64,000 nt of DNA from Candidatus Latescibacterota bacterium (GTDB taxonomy: Bacteria > Latescibacterota > UBA2968 > UBA8231): NCBI GenBank assembly GCA_965219385.1, contig CBDCNM010000002.1:3110305-3174304 (forward strand). The letters run 5' to 3'. A program made the position numbers and the translations under genes. Below are positions 10,439 to 21,487 of this stretch, in pieces. The first letter of the stretch is position 1, and the number at the start of each line of letters is the position of its first letter. The notes below the pieces were generated by a model that was given only the letters and a program-made list of their open reading frames with translations, was not told where the DNA came from and searched no databases.

Positions 10439-10564
10439 AAACCAGTCCTTTCCAGGGTCTTTCGGGTTTCAATTCGGGCGCCGTAAAAGCACCGGGCGAT
10501 TGGGCGAGCGTGCAAAGACATTTATATTATCCATAAAAACCTGGCGTGACAAGGGGGAACCTGT

Positions 10565-11389
10565 ATGTACGATCTCAACGGAAAAGTGGCCCTGGTGACC
10601 GGCGCCGGCGGCCGGCGCGGAATTGGACGCGCCATTGCCACCCGCCTGGCCCGGGAAGGCGCCGATGTCGTGGTCAACGATATCGCCACCCCACCTTCGC
10701 CGGACTGGGATGGGGCCGAGGCAGTGGTGGGCGAAATCCAGGCTCTGGGCCGGCCGGCCCAGAGCGTCCTGGCCGACGTATCGGATGCCCTTCAGGTGCA
10801 GGACATGGTAACCCGGACCCTGGAGCGCTTCGGGCATATCGACATCCTGGTGAACAACGCCGGCTCGCAGCCGGGCAAGGACCGCGTGCCCGTGGTGGAC
10901 CTGGAGGAAGAGGTCTGGGACCTGGTGCAGCGGGTCAATGCCAGGGGAACCTTCCTGTGCTGTCGGGCGGCCGCCCGGGAGATGATCGCCCGCAATCAGG
11001 GGGGCAAGATCATCAACATCTCCTCTACCAAGGGCAAACAGGGCGCGGCCCGTCACGCCGCTTATTCCGCCTCCAAATTCGCGGTGATCGGCTTTACCCA
11101 GTCGCTGGCCGCGGAACTGGCCCCGCACCAGATTAACGTCAATGCCATTTGCCCGGGACTGGTGGCTTCAGAGCGAATGAGGCACATGGCGGCCTCCCTC
11201 AAGCCGGAGGGCGAATCTACTGAATCCTACATGGAGCATATGAAGCAGCAGGGAAAAGCCGATATCCCGCTGGGACGGGTGGGCGAGGGCGCCGATATTG
11301 CCCGCACCGCTGCCTTCCTGGCCTCGGCCGAGTCGGATTATATGACCGGCCAGGCCATCAGCGTCAACGGGGGCGCCCAGATGAGCTGA
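10565..11389 (+). CDS. SDR family oxidoreductase
   Basis: TGAGGRRGIG, NNAG, YSASK. Confidence 0.92.
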   Translation: MYDLNGKVALVTGAGGRRGIGRAIATRLAREGADVVVNDIATPPSPDWDGAEAVVGEIQALGRPAQSVLADVSDALQVQDMVTRTLERFGHIDILVNNAGSQPGKDRVPVVDLEEEVWDLVQRVNARGTFLCCRAAAREMIARNQGGKIINISSTKGKQGAARHAAYSASKFAVIGFTQSLAAELAPHQINVNAICPGLVASERMRHMAASLKPEGESTESYMEHMKQQGKADIPLGRVGEGADIARTAAFLASAESDYMTGQAISVNGGAQMS

Positions 11390-11509
11390 TTGTAGACTCT
11401 CGTTCATGCCTTGCATGCTTGGCAGGCCAAAGCCGCGCTCGATAATCCGCTCCGAGCCCCAGGGCGGACAAAAAATGCCATCGTCCCCTCGTAGGTCACG
11501 GACCGGTTT

Positions 11510-12403
11510 TTACCTGTTGAAAAAGAACTCCGCCGCCGTCCTGTACAAAATGTACTCCCTATCCCCATCGCTTAAGAACTCCGCGTGCTCATTGATCAAG
11601 GCGACCGCCGCCGGAAAATCCCTTTGCGGATCCTCCATCCGCACCGGCCCCCCACTATCGCTCTCCCACATGCAACGCTCCGGCCCAAAGGCGTCCACCA
11701 CCCGCTCGAGCAGCGGCAGCAAATCCAGATAGGGCGCCTCATCCTCTCCCAGGGCATGTACCGGCCCCATCTTCACCATCACCCGCCGGTGGCGCGCCAT
11801 GGCGCACAGCTTCTCGACCTGCTCCTCGGGAAAGACCCCTTCTCTGATCCGGCAGCCGCACACATGGTCCAGGATCACCGGCGTGTCCGGAAAGCGGGTG
11901 CACATCCGCTCCAGATCGGGCAGCTCTTCATTGGCCATCAGAAAGCTCAGGGCCAGATTGTGCTCGGCCCCGACCTCGAACATCTCTTCGTAGGTCGAAT
12001 AATCCAGCCAGCGCGACACATCCCCGAAGGCCTGCCGGCACAATCCTCCGCGGACCCGAAAGGCGTAGATTCCCCCCTCTGCCAGCGCCACCATGTTTTT
12101 TCCCGGGCTGGACAGGGATATATCGCACACCCCCGGCACCATACCCGTGCCCACAAAGCGATCCGGTTCAGCGGCGATGAGGTCCAGGATATAGCGGTGG
12201 TCCAGCCCGTACCAGGTCATCTGCACCAGGTTGATCCGCACCTTGCCCAGTTGACGGCTGTATCCATCGTAGTCTTCCGGCGTAAAATGAGGCCGCCACA
12301 GATCCTCCCGGGTGAAACCCGGCATCAGCGGATATCTTTTTAGGTCGTCCGTCCACATGTGTACATGGGAGTCGATCAGCCGGTCCCGCACCTCTACGCT
12401 CAT
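11510..12403 (-). CDS. Amidohydrolase_2 family protein
   Basis: IDSHVH, VILDH, FGPERCMWESD; start MSVEVR overlaps upstream stop. Confidence 0.85.
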   Translation of the reverse strand: MSVEVRDRLIDSHVHMWTDDLKRYPLMPGFTREDLWRPHFTPEDYDGYSRQLGKVRINLVQMTWYGLDHRYILDLIAAEPDRFVGTGMVPGVCDISLSSPGKNMVALAEGGIYAFRVRGGLCRQAFGDVSRWLDYSTYEEMFEVGAEHNLALSFLMANEELPDLERMCTRFPDTPVILDHVCGCRIREGVFPEEQVEKLCAMARHRRVMVKMGPVHALGEDEAPYLDLLPLLERVVDAFGPERCMWESDSGGPVRMEDPQRDFPAAVALINEHAEFLSDGDREYILYRTAAEFFFNR

Positions 12404-13380
12404 GCCATGTTCTCCTGTATCTGTCGCTCCCTGTAGGCTGCATTGGCCGCGTTCAATTGGACGAGCGCGTCCTCGGGCAGTTCCAGCTCGGTGCCGGCTA
12501 TATTGTGATCCACGTGCTCGGGGCTTTCGGCACCGGCCAGCACACTGGTCACCTCCGAATGGGTCAGGACCCAGGCCACGCACACACAGGCCCGCTCCAC
12601 CCCCAGATCGTTGGCCACCCCGTCCACCGCCCTTATCAGGTCCTCCAGCGCAGACCCCGGCGCCACCTCGGCGCCCGGCGCCAGATGGCCGGTGTCCATG
12701 GGGCTGAAGGCCAAAAGCCCCAGCCCCGCCCTTTGCAGCACCGGGAACATCTCCTGCTCCAGCCGGACCATGCGGGACTCGCCGTCCGTGGTGCGGGACT
12801 CCCCGGCGATGTTGTAGTAGTCCTCGGTGCCCGCAATCGGAGCGGTGCCCGTCTTCCCGGCCAGTTCCAGGTACTCGCTCACCTGCGCGCCGCTGTGGTT
12901 GGAGCCCCCCCAGTAGCGGATCTTGCCGCTCTGTACCAGCTCGTTCATGGGGCCCACGATTGCCGCAGCCGGGGTGACCTTGTCCGGCTGGTGCAGGAGG
13001 AACAGATCCAGGTAGTCCGTGCCCAGGCGCGCCAGGCTGCCCTCGGCCTGCTCGAAAAGGTAATCCCGGCTGAACATTGCTGGCTCTCCCGAACCACCGA
13101 ACTCCACCGGCGCGTGCGAGGCCGGCACCTTGGTGCAAATGACCACCTGGTCGCGGCACCCGGCAATGGCCTTGCCGAGCACGGTCTCGGCCCCGCCCCA
13201 GCCGTAGGCGATCGCCGAGTCGAAGAAGTTCACTCCGCGTGCGAGGCAGTGGTGCAGGACCATCAAGCCCCGCGGATCGTCGGCGCGCGGCAGGTGGCGG
13301 AAGGCGGTGCCCTGGCACAGCCGCGAGACATGCAGATCGGTCTTGCCGAAGCGCACCAGGTGCGCGGATCTTGTCGTCAT
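12400..13380 (-). CDS. Aldo/keto reductase
   Basis: FFDSAIAYG, CTK, SLARLGTDYLDLFLLHQPD, GKIRY. Confidence 0.92.
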   Translation of the reverse strand: MTTRSAHLVRFGKTDLHVSRLCQGTAFRHLPRADDPRGLMVLHHCLARGVNFFDSAIAYGWGGAETVLGKAIAGCRDQVVICTKVPASHAPVEFGGSGEPAMFSRDYLFEQAEGSLARLGTDYLDLFLLHQPDKVTPAAAIVGPMNELVQSGKIRYWGGSNHSGAQVSEYLELAGKTGTAPIAGTEDYYNIAGESRTTDGESRMVRLEQEMFPVLQRAGLGLLAFSPMDTGHLAPGAEVAPGSALEDLIRAVDGVANDLGVERACVCVAWVLTHSEVTSVLAGAESPEHVDHNIAGTELELPEDALVQLNAANAAYRERQIQENMA

Positions 13381-13493
13381 GATTTTCCTTTCTTCACGGC
13401 GGTCTTGTCCTGGGACGCGGCAACCTCGATATTTTTCAGTTTATGACAAGACTTGGCCGGCGTCAACCATCACCTGTGCAAGGAGTCTGCAAA

Positions 13494-14270
13494 GTGACCT
13501 ACGTAGAAGAGCTGTTTTCCCTGGAGGGCAAGATCGCGGTAGTGACCGGGGCCAGTCGCGGCCTTGGCCAGGGGCTGGCCGAGGCCCTGCTCAGGGCCGG
13601 AGGCCGAGTGCTGCTGGTGGCGACCAACCCGGAGCGTTTGCGGGAAACCACCCATACCTTTGCGGAACAGGGCCTCGGGGCCGAGGCCTATCGCTGCGAT
13701 CTGGAAAACCCGCCCGAGATCGATGGGCTGGTCGACCATGTCACGCGGGCATACGGCCGGCTGGACGTTCTGGTAAACGCTGCCGGGGTGACCTTTGGCC
13801 ACGACCTGGACGATTATCCGGACGAGTTGTGGGAAAAAACCCTGAAGACCAACCTCGAAGCCCCCTTCCGCCTCTCCCGCGGCTTTGCGCCGCTGATGAA
13901 GGCCCAGGGCAGCGGCTCCATCGTCAACATCACCAGCATCTCCGCCGAGCTGGGAGCCGAGAATAACCCGGCGTACGGGGCCGCCAAGGGGGGACTGAAG
14001 CAGCTGACCAAGGCCCTGGCCGTGGACCTGGGGCCCTACGGCGTCCGGGTGAACAACATCGGTCCGGGCTACTTCCGCACCGACATGACCCTGCGCAGCT
14101 GGAACGACCCCGAACTCCGGGAAAAGCGCACCCGCCGGACCGTGTTGAACCGGTGGGGCACCACCGGGGATCTGGCCGGCCTCATCGTCCTGTTGGCCTC
14201 GGACGCTTCCAGCTACATCACCGGTCAGGATCTCTACATCGACGGGGGATGGCTGGTCAACTTCGTGTGA
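13494..14270 (+). CDS. SDR family oxidoreductase (gluconate 5-dehydrogenase-like)
   Basis: TGASRGLG, YGAAKGG, PGYFRT; probable GTG start after AAGGAG. Confidence 0.88.
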   Translation: MTYVEELFSLEGKIAVVTGASRGLGQGLAEALLRAGGRVLLVATNPERLRETTHTFAEQGLGAEAYRCDLENPPEIDGLVDHVTRAYGRLDVLVNAAGVTFGHDLDDYPDELWEKTLKTNLEAPFRLSRGFAPLMKAQGSGSIVNITSISAELGAENNPAYGAAKGGLKQLTKALAVDLGPYGVRVNNIGPGYFRTDMTLRSWNDPELREKRTRRTVLNRWGTTGDLAGLIVLLASDASSYITGQDLYIDGGWLVNFV

Positions 14271-14331
14271 GTTGTCATGGATCCGGACCGCTTCGCCCAC
14301 CCTCATTTCACCTGGTACTTACCTGTGGGCC

Positions 14332-15516
14332 TCAAAAACCAAACTCCTCCTTAACCTCGGCGAACACCCCGATCGCAAAATCCAGATCCTCGCGGGAATG
14401 GGCCGCGGAAATCTGGGTGCGGATCCGGGCCGCCCCCCGGGGTACCACAGGATAGAAAAAGCCGATCGCGTAAACCCCCTTCTCGAGCAACCTGGCCGCC
14501 ACCTTCTGCGCCAGCACCGCATCCCCCAGCATGATCGGCACAATGGGATGGGTCCCGGGATTGAGCGCAAACCCCTTTGCCTTCAGCTGCTCTTTGAAGT
14601 AGAGGGTATTCGCTTCGAGCCGGTCGCGCAGCTCGGTCGACCCAGCAATGATTGTGAGCGCCTGCAAAGAGGCGCTCACAATCCCCGGCGCCAGACTATT
14701 GGAAAAAAGGTAAGGCCTGGAGCGCTGGCGCAGCAGATCAATGATTTCCTGGCGACCGCTGGTATAGCCACCGCTGGCCCCGCCCAGGGCCTTGCCGAGG
14801 GTGCCGGTGATGATGTCCACCCGCCCCATCACATCGCAGTACTCGTGCGAGCCCCGCCCATTTTTACCCAGAAATCCCACGGCGTGGGAATCGTCGATCA
14901 TGACCAGAGCCTCGTGGCGCTCCGCCAGCTCGCAAACCCCCTGCAAATCGGCAATGGTTCCATCCATGGAGAACACCCCATCGGTGGCGATCAGACGGAA
15001 GCGGCTACCGGCGGCCTCCTGAAGTTTGGCTTCCAGATCCCCCATATTGGAATTCTTGTAGCGCAGGCGTTTGGCCTTGCACAGCCGGATGCCGTCGATG
15101 ATGCTGGCGTGGTTGAGCTCGTCGCTGACGACCGCGTCCTCGGCGGCCAGCAGGGTCTCGAACAGCCCGCCGTTGGCATCGAAACAGGAACTGTATAAAA
15201 TGGTGTCCTCGGTGCCGAGAAACCTGGAGATTTCCCGCTCCAGCCGCTGGTGAATCTCCTGCGTTCCACAGATGAAGCGCACCGACGAAAGCCCGTACCC
15301 CCACCGGTCCAGACTGGCCCGGGCCGCCTCGACGATTTCGGGATGATTGGCCAGGCCCAGATAATTATTGGCGCACATATTGAGGACGCGCTGGCCGGCC
15401 GCCACCTTTATCCGGGCCTGCTGGGGACTGGTGATGACTCGCTCGCTCTTGTACAGGCCGCTTTCCTGGATTCCTTCGAGCTGCTGCTTCAAATAATCTT
15501 TCATGGAATCAATCAC
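14332..15516 (-). CDS. kbl: Glycine C-acetyltransferase (2-amino-3-ketobutyrate CoA ligase)
   Basis: [37 protein letters not shown] lysine; adjacent to tdh. Confidence 0.95.
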   Translation of the reverse strand: MIDSMKDYLKQQLEGIQESGLYKSERVITSPQQARIKVAAGQRVLNMCANNYLGLANHPEIVEAARASLDRWGYGLSSVRFICGTQEIHQRLEREISRFLGTEDTILYSSCFDANGGLFETLLAAEDAVVSDELNHASIIDGIRLCKAKRLRYKNSNMGDLEAKLQEAAGSRFRLIATDGVFSMDGTIADLQGVCELAERHEALVMIDDSHAVGFLGKNGRGSHEYCDVMGRVDIITGTLGKALGGASGGYTSGRQEIIDLLRQRSRPYLFSNSLAPGIVSASLQALTIIAGSTELRDRLEANTLYFKEQLKAKGFALNPGTHPIVPIMLGDAVLAQKVAARLLEKGVYAIGFFYPVVPRGAARIRTQISAAHSREDLDFAIGVFAEVKEEFGF

Positions 15517-15533
15517 GTCGCATCCTCTCCGTT

Positions 15534-16571
15534 CTAATCCATCCAGTCGAGAATGACCTTGCCCGACCTGCCCGAGCGCATCGCCTTGAAGCCTTCCTCG
15601 AAAGACGAGTAGCTCAGGCGGTGGGTTATAACCTGAGAAACATCCAGTCCCGTCTGGATCATGCTGGTCATTTTGTACCAGGTTTCGTACATCTCCCGCC
15701 CGTAAATCCCCTTGATGGTCAAACCGTTGAAAACCACCTCGTTCCAGTCGATCGCCGCCCTGGATTCCTGGATCCCCAGCAGGGCGATCTTGCCGCCGTG
15801 GCACATATTGGCCAGCATGCTGCGGAAGGCATCCGCACTACCCGACATCTCAAGTCCCACGTCAAAGCCTTCCTTCATGCCCAGTTCCGCGACCACGTCC
15901 TCGAGGCGCTCTCCGGCCACATTCAGGACCCGGGTAGCGCCCATCTTGCGGGCCAGCTCCAGGCGGAAGGGATTGACATCCGTCACCACGATGTGGCGCG
16001 CCCCGGCGTGCCGCACTATCGCCGCGGCCATCATGCCGATGGGGCCGGCGCCGGTGATCAACACATCCTCGCCGAGCACATCGAAGGACAGGGCCGTGTG
16101 GGTGGCATTGCCCAGCGGGTCGAAAAAGGCCAGGATGTCCGTGGGAATCGTGGGATCGCAGTACCACACATTGGTCATCGGGATGCACAGGAACTCGGCA
16201 AAGGCGCCGTTGCGATTCACCCCTACCCCGCTGGTATTCATGCACAGATGCCGGCGCCCTGCCAGGCAATTGCGGCAGTGTCCGCAGACGATGTGCCCCT
16301 CTCCGCTCACCACATCGCCCGGGCGGAAATCGCGTACATTGGTGCCCACCTCCTCCACAACCCCCACGAACTCGTGGCCGATGACCAGCGGCACCGGAAT
16401 GGTCTTGCGCGCCCACTCGTTCCACTCGTATATGTGCACGTCCGTACCGCAGATGGCGGTCTTCCGCACCTTGATCAGGACATCGTTGACGCCCGCTTCG
16501 GGAATGGGCACCTCTTCGAGCCAGAGACCGGCTTCGGGCTTCTTTTTAACCAGGGCTTTCATCTTTTTCAT
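15534..16571 (-). CDS. tdh: L-threonine 3-dehydrogenase
   Basis: [18 protein letters not shown] Zn motifs, [16 protein letters not shown]. Confidence 0.95.
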   Translation of the reverse strand: MKKMKALVKKKPEAGLWLEEVPIPEAGVNDVLIKVRKTAICGTDVHIYEWNEWARKTIPVPLVIGHEFVGVVEEVGTNVRDFRPGDVVSGEGHIVCGHCRNCLAGRRHLCMNTSGVGVNRNGAFAEFLCIPMTNVWYCDPTIPTDILAFFDPLGNATHTALSFDVLGEDVLITGAGPIGMMAAAIVRHAGARHIVVTDVNPFRLELARKMGATRVLNVAGERLEDVVAELGMKEGFDVGLEMSGSADAFRSMLANMCHGGKIALLGIQESRAAIDWNEVVFNGLTIKGIYGREMYETWYKMTSMIQTGLDVSQVITHRLSYSSFEEGFKAMRSGRSGKVILDWMD

Positions 16572-16602
16572 GCATAGCCTCGGTCTCCCGTTGCGGCGGG
16601 GA

Positions 16603-17526
16603 CTATTTTCTTCCGTGCGTTACCGACCACATCCGCGCGCGGTAGGGCACGTTCTCCTGACCGGCGGGCATGCCGAGGTGGCGATGGCGCTCCGGCCAGG
16701 TCCAGAAGGGATGCCCCGCCACCAGCTGCTTTTTTTGCTCGGGTACGGCTTCGAGGAACTCCGGGGTCGGTTCCCAATTGGCCATCGCCTGGTGTTTGGG
16801 GTGGGAGAAACCGGCGATGATGATGATGCGCTCATTGTCGGTTCGATTCTGCCCGGTGGCGTGGATCAAGGTCTCGCACATCAGCATGGTAGAGCCCGCC
16901 GGGGCCTCGACCTGGTGGATGAGGGCAGGGTTTTCGTAGGCGGCCTCCACCATTTCCCACTCATCGCAATTGAGCTTGTGGCTGCCGGCGATGACCGTGG
17001 TGCCGCCGCCGTCGGGGCCCAGGTCGGTCAAATTGGTCAGGGTTTTCACGAAGGTACAGTGATACAGATCGCCGTACGTATAGCTGTCGAACCCCGGCTG
17101 GCCGCCGCGATGGAAGCCGAATTCATAGGGCTTGCCGGGATCGTAATCCGGTTCGCGGCGGTTGATGATGACGGACGATTCGTCCAGGCGCACCTTGCCG
17201 CCTACGGTCTCCTCGGCCAGGGCGACCATCCGCGGGTGGGTAAGGTGTTCGAAGATGGCCGGATCGCTCTGCAGCATATGCTGGAAGGACCAGAAGTGAG
17301 GCTCGAACCGATCGGCATGGCAGCCGTTGAGATTGAAATTCAACGGGTCGCCGGATGCTTCGAAGGTGCGGCGCAGCCCTAACAGCGCGTCTTTGGTGCG
17401 CTGGAGTTCGTCCGGCGCAAGGGTGTTTTTGACTACGACGTAGCCGTTGACCTCGAAAAAGAGCCTCTGCCCGGGCGTCAGGGCGGGAAAGGGGGTTACC
17501 TCATTGTCGTCGCGTTCGCTGGACAT
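16603..17526 (-). CDS. PhyH family dioxygenase with HxG motif
   Basis: [30 protein letters not shown]...R. Confidence 0.8.
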   Translation of the reverse strand: MSSERDDNEVTPFPALTPGQRLFFEVNGYVVVKNTLAPDELQRTKDALLGLRRTFEASGDPLNFNLNGCHADRFEPHFWSFQHMLQSDPAIFEHLTHPRMVALAEETVGGKVRLDESSVIINRREPDYDPGKPYEFGFHRGGQPGFDSYTYGDLYHCTFVKTLTNLTDLGPDGGGTTVIAGSHKLNCDEWEMVEAAYENPALIHQVEAPAGSTMLMCETLIHATGQNRTDNERIIIIAGFSHPKHQAMANWEPTPEFLEAVPEQKKQLVAGHPFWTWPERHRHLGMPAGQENVPYRARMWSVTHGRK

Positions 17527-17626
17527 AGCCTGTGCCTCCTTGGGGCGATTGAACATCGAGATTGCCGACCCCACTATCGCATCGCTCTGAGCTGGATCGG
17601 TTGCGGGGAATCGGCCATTCAGCCAG

Positions 17627-17656
17627 AGTATAGGGATTGCAAAAGTCCTGTGTCAA
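17627..17656 (-). promoter_or_regulatory. Putative sigma70 promoter for the PhyH-tdh-kbl run
   Basis: Minus strand TTGACA-N18-TATACT about 100 nt upstream of the 17526 start. Confidence 0.5.
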
Positions 17657-17761
17657 CTTGGTCGCCTACTCCCCTGGGACAGGCGGGGTGGCAGCTGCGG
17701 GTGGCCAGCACCCCCCAGCGAGTCGGCACGCTGCTGATCGATCGCCAGGCATGCACTGCAC

Positions 17762-18955
17762 TCAGGCCCAGGCCTGACGGGCGTGCCCGATGCGTTCCAG
17801 CTCGTAGGGCCGGCTCATGCCGTAGTAGTGGAAGGAGTGGTGGCGCACCCCGGCCTCGCGGGTCATCAGCACCTGGTCGCGCAACGCCTCCATGGAAGAG
17901 AAGCCGCGGTGGTTGTGCATGATTTCGGCTTCGGCCCATTCGGGCACGGCTTTCAGGTCTTCGACCAGGGTGGCTTTTTTCTCTGCCAGGCTGTCTCCCC
18001 GGCAGCCCAGGCTGACGCGCTTGAGGTGCGGATAGATCAGGGAGTAGTCGTTGCCGGCCATGATGTCGCGGTCGTTGCGGATGCCGAAGGGCATGAAGGC
18101 GCTCTGGTATGTATTGACGATTTCCTGCGCCTCCCCGAAGAGGCTGGAGACGGTGTTGCAGCGCACATCCATGTACTGCCACAGCTGTCCGTCGAAGGCG
18201 TTGCGGGCCCACTCCTCGTCCACCTCGGACAGATCCCAGGTGTCCGGGTTTTGCGGCAAGGTCTCGTAGAGGTGGTCGCGAATGGCGCGCCGCAGGGGAA
18301 GGGCATCGAAGTTTTCGTTGCGGGCGCGCTCCAGACAGTGGCCGCAGAAGCACAAGCTCAGGAGAAACTGATCGCGGGGCGAGGGCAACTCCTCTACCTT
18401 GTCGCACAGGAACGTGGCGTTCCAGCGGCCGAAACCCAGGGACTCGTGGCGGATGCCGTCGCCGCCGTAGGTGCTCAGCAGGTCCTCGACCAGGGCCAGG
18501 TCGTAGGCGCGCACATCCGGGTTGGCAGGGCACAGGGCGGTCCGATGGCGCTCACCCATGGCGTCCACGCAGCAGGCGTCCGGGTAGTTGCGGGGCAAGA
18601 GCACGCTGTAGTGGAAGACCACGAAGAAGAGCACCCCCCAGTCGCGGGCGCGCGCCTTTTCCACGATGTGCGTCATGTACCCGTCCGTGTCGACGCACTC
18701 GCCCACGGTCGGCCGGATGCGGGTCCCGCTCCAGCGCGAATGCTGGGGCGTAAAAAAGACCGAGCCGTCGTCCCAGCGGATGATTCTCCTGGGGTTGTGG
18801 GGCAGGAGAAAGGTATTGGGGTGGTAGACCGCGGCGATGAAGAGTTCGTTGAGGCCGCAGATCTTTTCGAGGTAGTCGAAGCAGTGGTCGATGCCTTCGT
18901 CCGTGATGTCCCAGGGGTGGATGTAAATGCCGCCGGAACTACCTTTTTTCAACAT
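17762..18955 (-). CDS. Uncharacterised TIM-barrel, glycoside-hydrolase-like protein
   Basis: Start MLKKGS; 'AAVYH', 'LCPANPDVRAY', 'GGDGIRHES', 'SLCFCGHC'. Confidence 0.55.
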   Translation of the reverse strand: MLKKGSSGGIYIHPWDITDEGIDHCFDYLEKICGLNELFIAAVYHPNTFLLPHNPRRIIRWDDGSVFFTPQHSRWSGTRIRPTVGECVDTDGYMTHIVEKARARDWGVLFFVVFHYSVLLPRNYPDACCVDAMGERHRTALCPANPDVRAYDLALVEDLLSTYGGDGIRHESLGFGRWNATFLCDKVEELPSPRDQFLLSLCFCGHCLERARNENFDALPLRRAIRDHLYETLPQNPDTWDLSEVDEEWARNAFDGQLWQYMDVRCNTVSSLFGEAQEIVNTYQSAFMPFGIRNDRDIMAGNDYSLIYPHLKRVSLGCRGDSLAEKKATLVEDLKAVPEWAEAEIMHNHRGFSSMEALRDQVLMTREAGVRHHSFHYYGMSRPYELERIGHARQAWA

Positions 18956-18981
18956 GCCAATATCCTTTCTCGGCCTTCGAA

Positions 18982-20217
18982 TCAGTAGCCGCGCGCCCGG
19001 AAGAAGGGCTCCATCACCTTGTTGTAGTCGCGGCCGCTCAGACGGTGTATGCCCATCCAGAAGTAGGGCACGGCGCCGCGGCGGCACATCTCGTCGACGA
19101 ACTGGGCCGTGATCATGTACATGAAAATCAGGTTGAGTATACCCGAGGCCGGGCACACCTTCTCGGCGCGGCCGGGTATGGCGATGACGCCGGCCTCCTC
19201 GTCGCAGCAATCGTCGAAGTACACATCGCAGCGCTGGCGCAGGCCGTCGCTGTGGGACGGGCCGATGCCGACCAGGTAGTTGCCGTTGGCGCGGGCCTCG
19301 TCGGCCCACGCCAGCTCCTGGGGATCGTCGGCGCTGACCGCGGCGATCAGGAGGGTATCCTCTTCGCCGCCGGCGCCGGCGGCGCGCTGCTCCAGGGTAT
19401 TGCACAGCATCAGGCCCTGGGCCACGGTGTAGGCGTCGAGTTCGACGCCCTTGTTGCGGCTGCGCACGAAGTAGCGCCCGCCGCCGATGATGATGCGTTT
19501 GGCAATGGTTGCGGCCACCTGGTTGACGCGCTCCAGGTCCCGGGCGTGGAACTGGGCCAGCCGCTCCAGAAGGATATCCAGGTAGCGGCGTCCAGTGCTG
19601 CCGTCCGGAGCAGGGGCCGTCGCCAGGGCGTGGGCCACTTCCGCGGTGATCATCCAGTGGATGGCGCAGCCCCCGATCGACGATCCCGGGCACACGGCCA
19701 TTTCCGGTATTTGCGGCACGTGCACCAGACCGTGCTCCCAGGGGATGTGCGAGTCGACGACGAGCGTGGCCACGTCTTCGGGCATCCAGTCGTTCTCGTT
19801 GGGTCTGACCTGGTCCGGGGGGGTGTTGCGGTTGTTGAGGTAAGGGGTGGTGAAAACCACGACATAGGCCCCGGCGTCGCGCGCCTGGCGCACCGGGCTG
19901 TTGACCAGGGCGGTGAGCAGCACATCGCCCTCTCCCATGGCCTCGACTTGCTCCGGGGTGAACGATCCATCGGAGCGTTCGAACAGCGCCGGGTTGCCCT
20001 CGCGCGCGTTGTCCAGTTCGTAGGGGGGCATGTGGCCGATCGCCATATTGGCGTAGACCTTGTGGCCGGCGCGCAGGGCGTCGGCGGCTCTGGCCGCGAC
20101 GGCGGCGATGATGGCGGCGTCAGCGTGGATTTCCCGCAACATTTTGACGGCGTTCTGGTAGTACTCTTCGCCAAAGGCGATGGTGTGTCCCCAGGTGTGT
20201 TCCGGGTGGTGATTCAT
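18982..20217 (-). CDS. Uncharacterised protein with two SIS (sugar isomerase)-like repeats
   Basis: Two homologous halves ('AADALRAGHKVY...VCPGSSI' / 'IAKRIIIGGGRYF...VCPASGI'). Confidence 0.55.
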   Translation of the reverse strand: MNHHPEHTWGHTIAFGEEYYQNAVKMLREIHADAAIIAAVAARAADALRAGHKVYANMAIGHMPPYELDNAREGNPALFERSDGSFTPEQVEAMGEGDVLLTALVNSPVRQARDAGAYVVVFTTPYLNNRNTPPDQVRPNENDWMPEDVATLVVDSHIPWEHGLVHVPQIPEMAVCPGSSIGGCAIHWMITAEVAHALATAPAPDGSTGRRYLDILLERLAQFHARDLERVNQVAATIAKRIIIGGGRYFVRSRNKGVELDAYTVAQGLMLCNTLEQRAAGAGGEEDTLLIAAVSADDPQELAWADEARANGNYLVGIGPSHSDGLRQRCDVYFDDCCDEEAGVIAIPGRAEKVCPASGILNLIFMYMITAQFVDEMCRRGAVPYFWMGIHRLSGRDYNKVMEPFFRARGY

Positions 20218-20271
20218 GATGGAGTGTGTCCTTTCTCAGTAAGAATGACTGCGCCGGGATTGACCCGGAGT

Positions 20272-21141
20272 TCACGCCGGCGCCACGAGCTTCTCCGGCT
20301 TATTTTCCAACCTCGTCAGCCAGTAGTGCGCGTCGAAGTTGACATCTCCGGTAAGAAAGCGCCACAGCTTGATCCGATTGACGATCTCCAGCCGTCCATC
20401 GGCGGCTTCGAACCACGGTTCCTCGTGATTGAGAATCGTCTGGATATCCTCCCCGCTGTGGTCCGATCCGCCGTAGATGGTTTTGGGCTCACTGCTCCCA
20501 TTGTCCAGATCGTCCGTGTTCCACAGGCGCAGCTGCCGCACCGCGGGATTGAGTCGCACCTTGAACATATAGCGCACCCGGTCGGTTTTGTTCTGCCGCC
20601 CGCAGTGCCACATGCCGTGGTGGACCACCACCATGCTGCCGGCCTTGCAGACGATGGGTAGCTGGCCGAGGAAATTCTGGTAGCGGCCGACGTCCAGTTC
20701 GTTGACGCGCCGGAAGTGGCTGCCGGGCAGCAACAGCGTACCCCCCATTTCGAGCGAAACATCGTGGGGAAAGTACATGATCTGGATGTCGAAGTGCATC
20801 CGGGTATCGATGATCGCGTCGCCGTGCAGACCCTGGGCTTCCCCTTCATTGGCCCCCCGGAGGTGCACGGCCTGGTGGTCGAAGAGCGGGTCCGGCCCCA
20901 CCAGGCTCTGGATAATACCCAGAATTTCCGGCATCCTAATCATGCGACCGATGGGCGACGGATCGGGGTAACACCTGGAGAGAGGGGTACCGGCCGGCTG
21001 ACTCTCGATCCCGTTTCCATTGATCTCGGCGATAACGGCCTGGTTGATCTCCTCCGGAACGATCTCGTCGAAACACAAAAGTCCGCGGGCCACGAACTCG
21101 GCGACCTGCTTCGAAGTGAGTAGATGCTGTTTGTCGACCAT
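20272..21141 (-). CDS. PhyH family dioxygenase
   Basis: LHGD, GGTLLLPGSH, WHCG...R. Confidence 0.85.
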   Translation of the reverse strand: MVDKQHLLTSKQVAEFVARGLLCFDEIVPEEINQAVIAEINGNGIESQPAGTPLSRCYPDPSPIGRMIRMPEILGIIQSLVGPDPLFDHQAVHLRGANEGEAQGLHGDAIIDTRMHFDIQIMYFPHDVSLEMGGTLLLPGSHFRRVNELDVGRYQNFLGQLPIVCKAGSMVVVHHGMWHCGRQNKTDRVRYMFKVRLNPAVRQLRLWNTDDLDNGSSEPKTIYGGSDHSGEDIQTILNHEEPWFEAADGRLEIVNRIKLWRFLTGDVNFDAHYWLTRLENKPEKLVAPA

Positions 21142-21419
21142 CAATCGACCTCCTCTAGTTTTTCGAAGATGAATTCGTTTTTCTGAAACGATGTGGTATA
21201 CTCGGCGTCGGGATAGGGCGGAATCAACTGGGGAAACTGAATGACCCGCCAACCGTCGAGCAACGCGTCCATGCCGGTTTTGTAGGGCGGCTCGGTGCTG
21301 TCGCCCGTCGTGTGGTGTTCCTTTCCAGTTCCGTCGTAGATGGTCCATCCTTTTACCGGGCTGTCCAGAGCCGAATAGGACAGGTACAGAACCATAACCT
21401 TTTGTCTGCGCCGGGGCAT
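21141..21419 (-). CDS. Small hypothetical protein translationally coupled to PhyH gene
   Basis: 92 aa ORF with AGGAG RBS; its TGA overlaps the PhyH ATG. Confidence 0.7.
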   Translation of the reverse strand: MPRRRQKVMVLYLSYSALDSPVKGWTIYDGTGKEHHTTGDSTEPPYKTGMDALLDGWRVIQFPQLIPPYPDAEYTTSFQKNEFIFEKLEEVD

Positions 21420-21487
21420 TTTTTACTCCTGAATCGAAGATGGATCTACGGATCGCCGGTTTCTGGATCGCGGCCGCCGAAGATAGT

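Noticed and set aside
11510..13318. 602-aa ORF as one protein (likewise 17762..19693 and 22435..24114)
   Set aside because: N-terminal parts overlap real upstream genes in another frame; true starts are 12403, 18955 and 23359
17637..17648. TTGCAAAAGTCC matching 12 bp of the IS701-like TIR at 59776-59787
   Set aside because: Isolated match inside a plausible promoter spacer; no partner end or transposase relic
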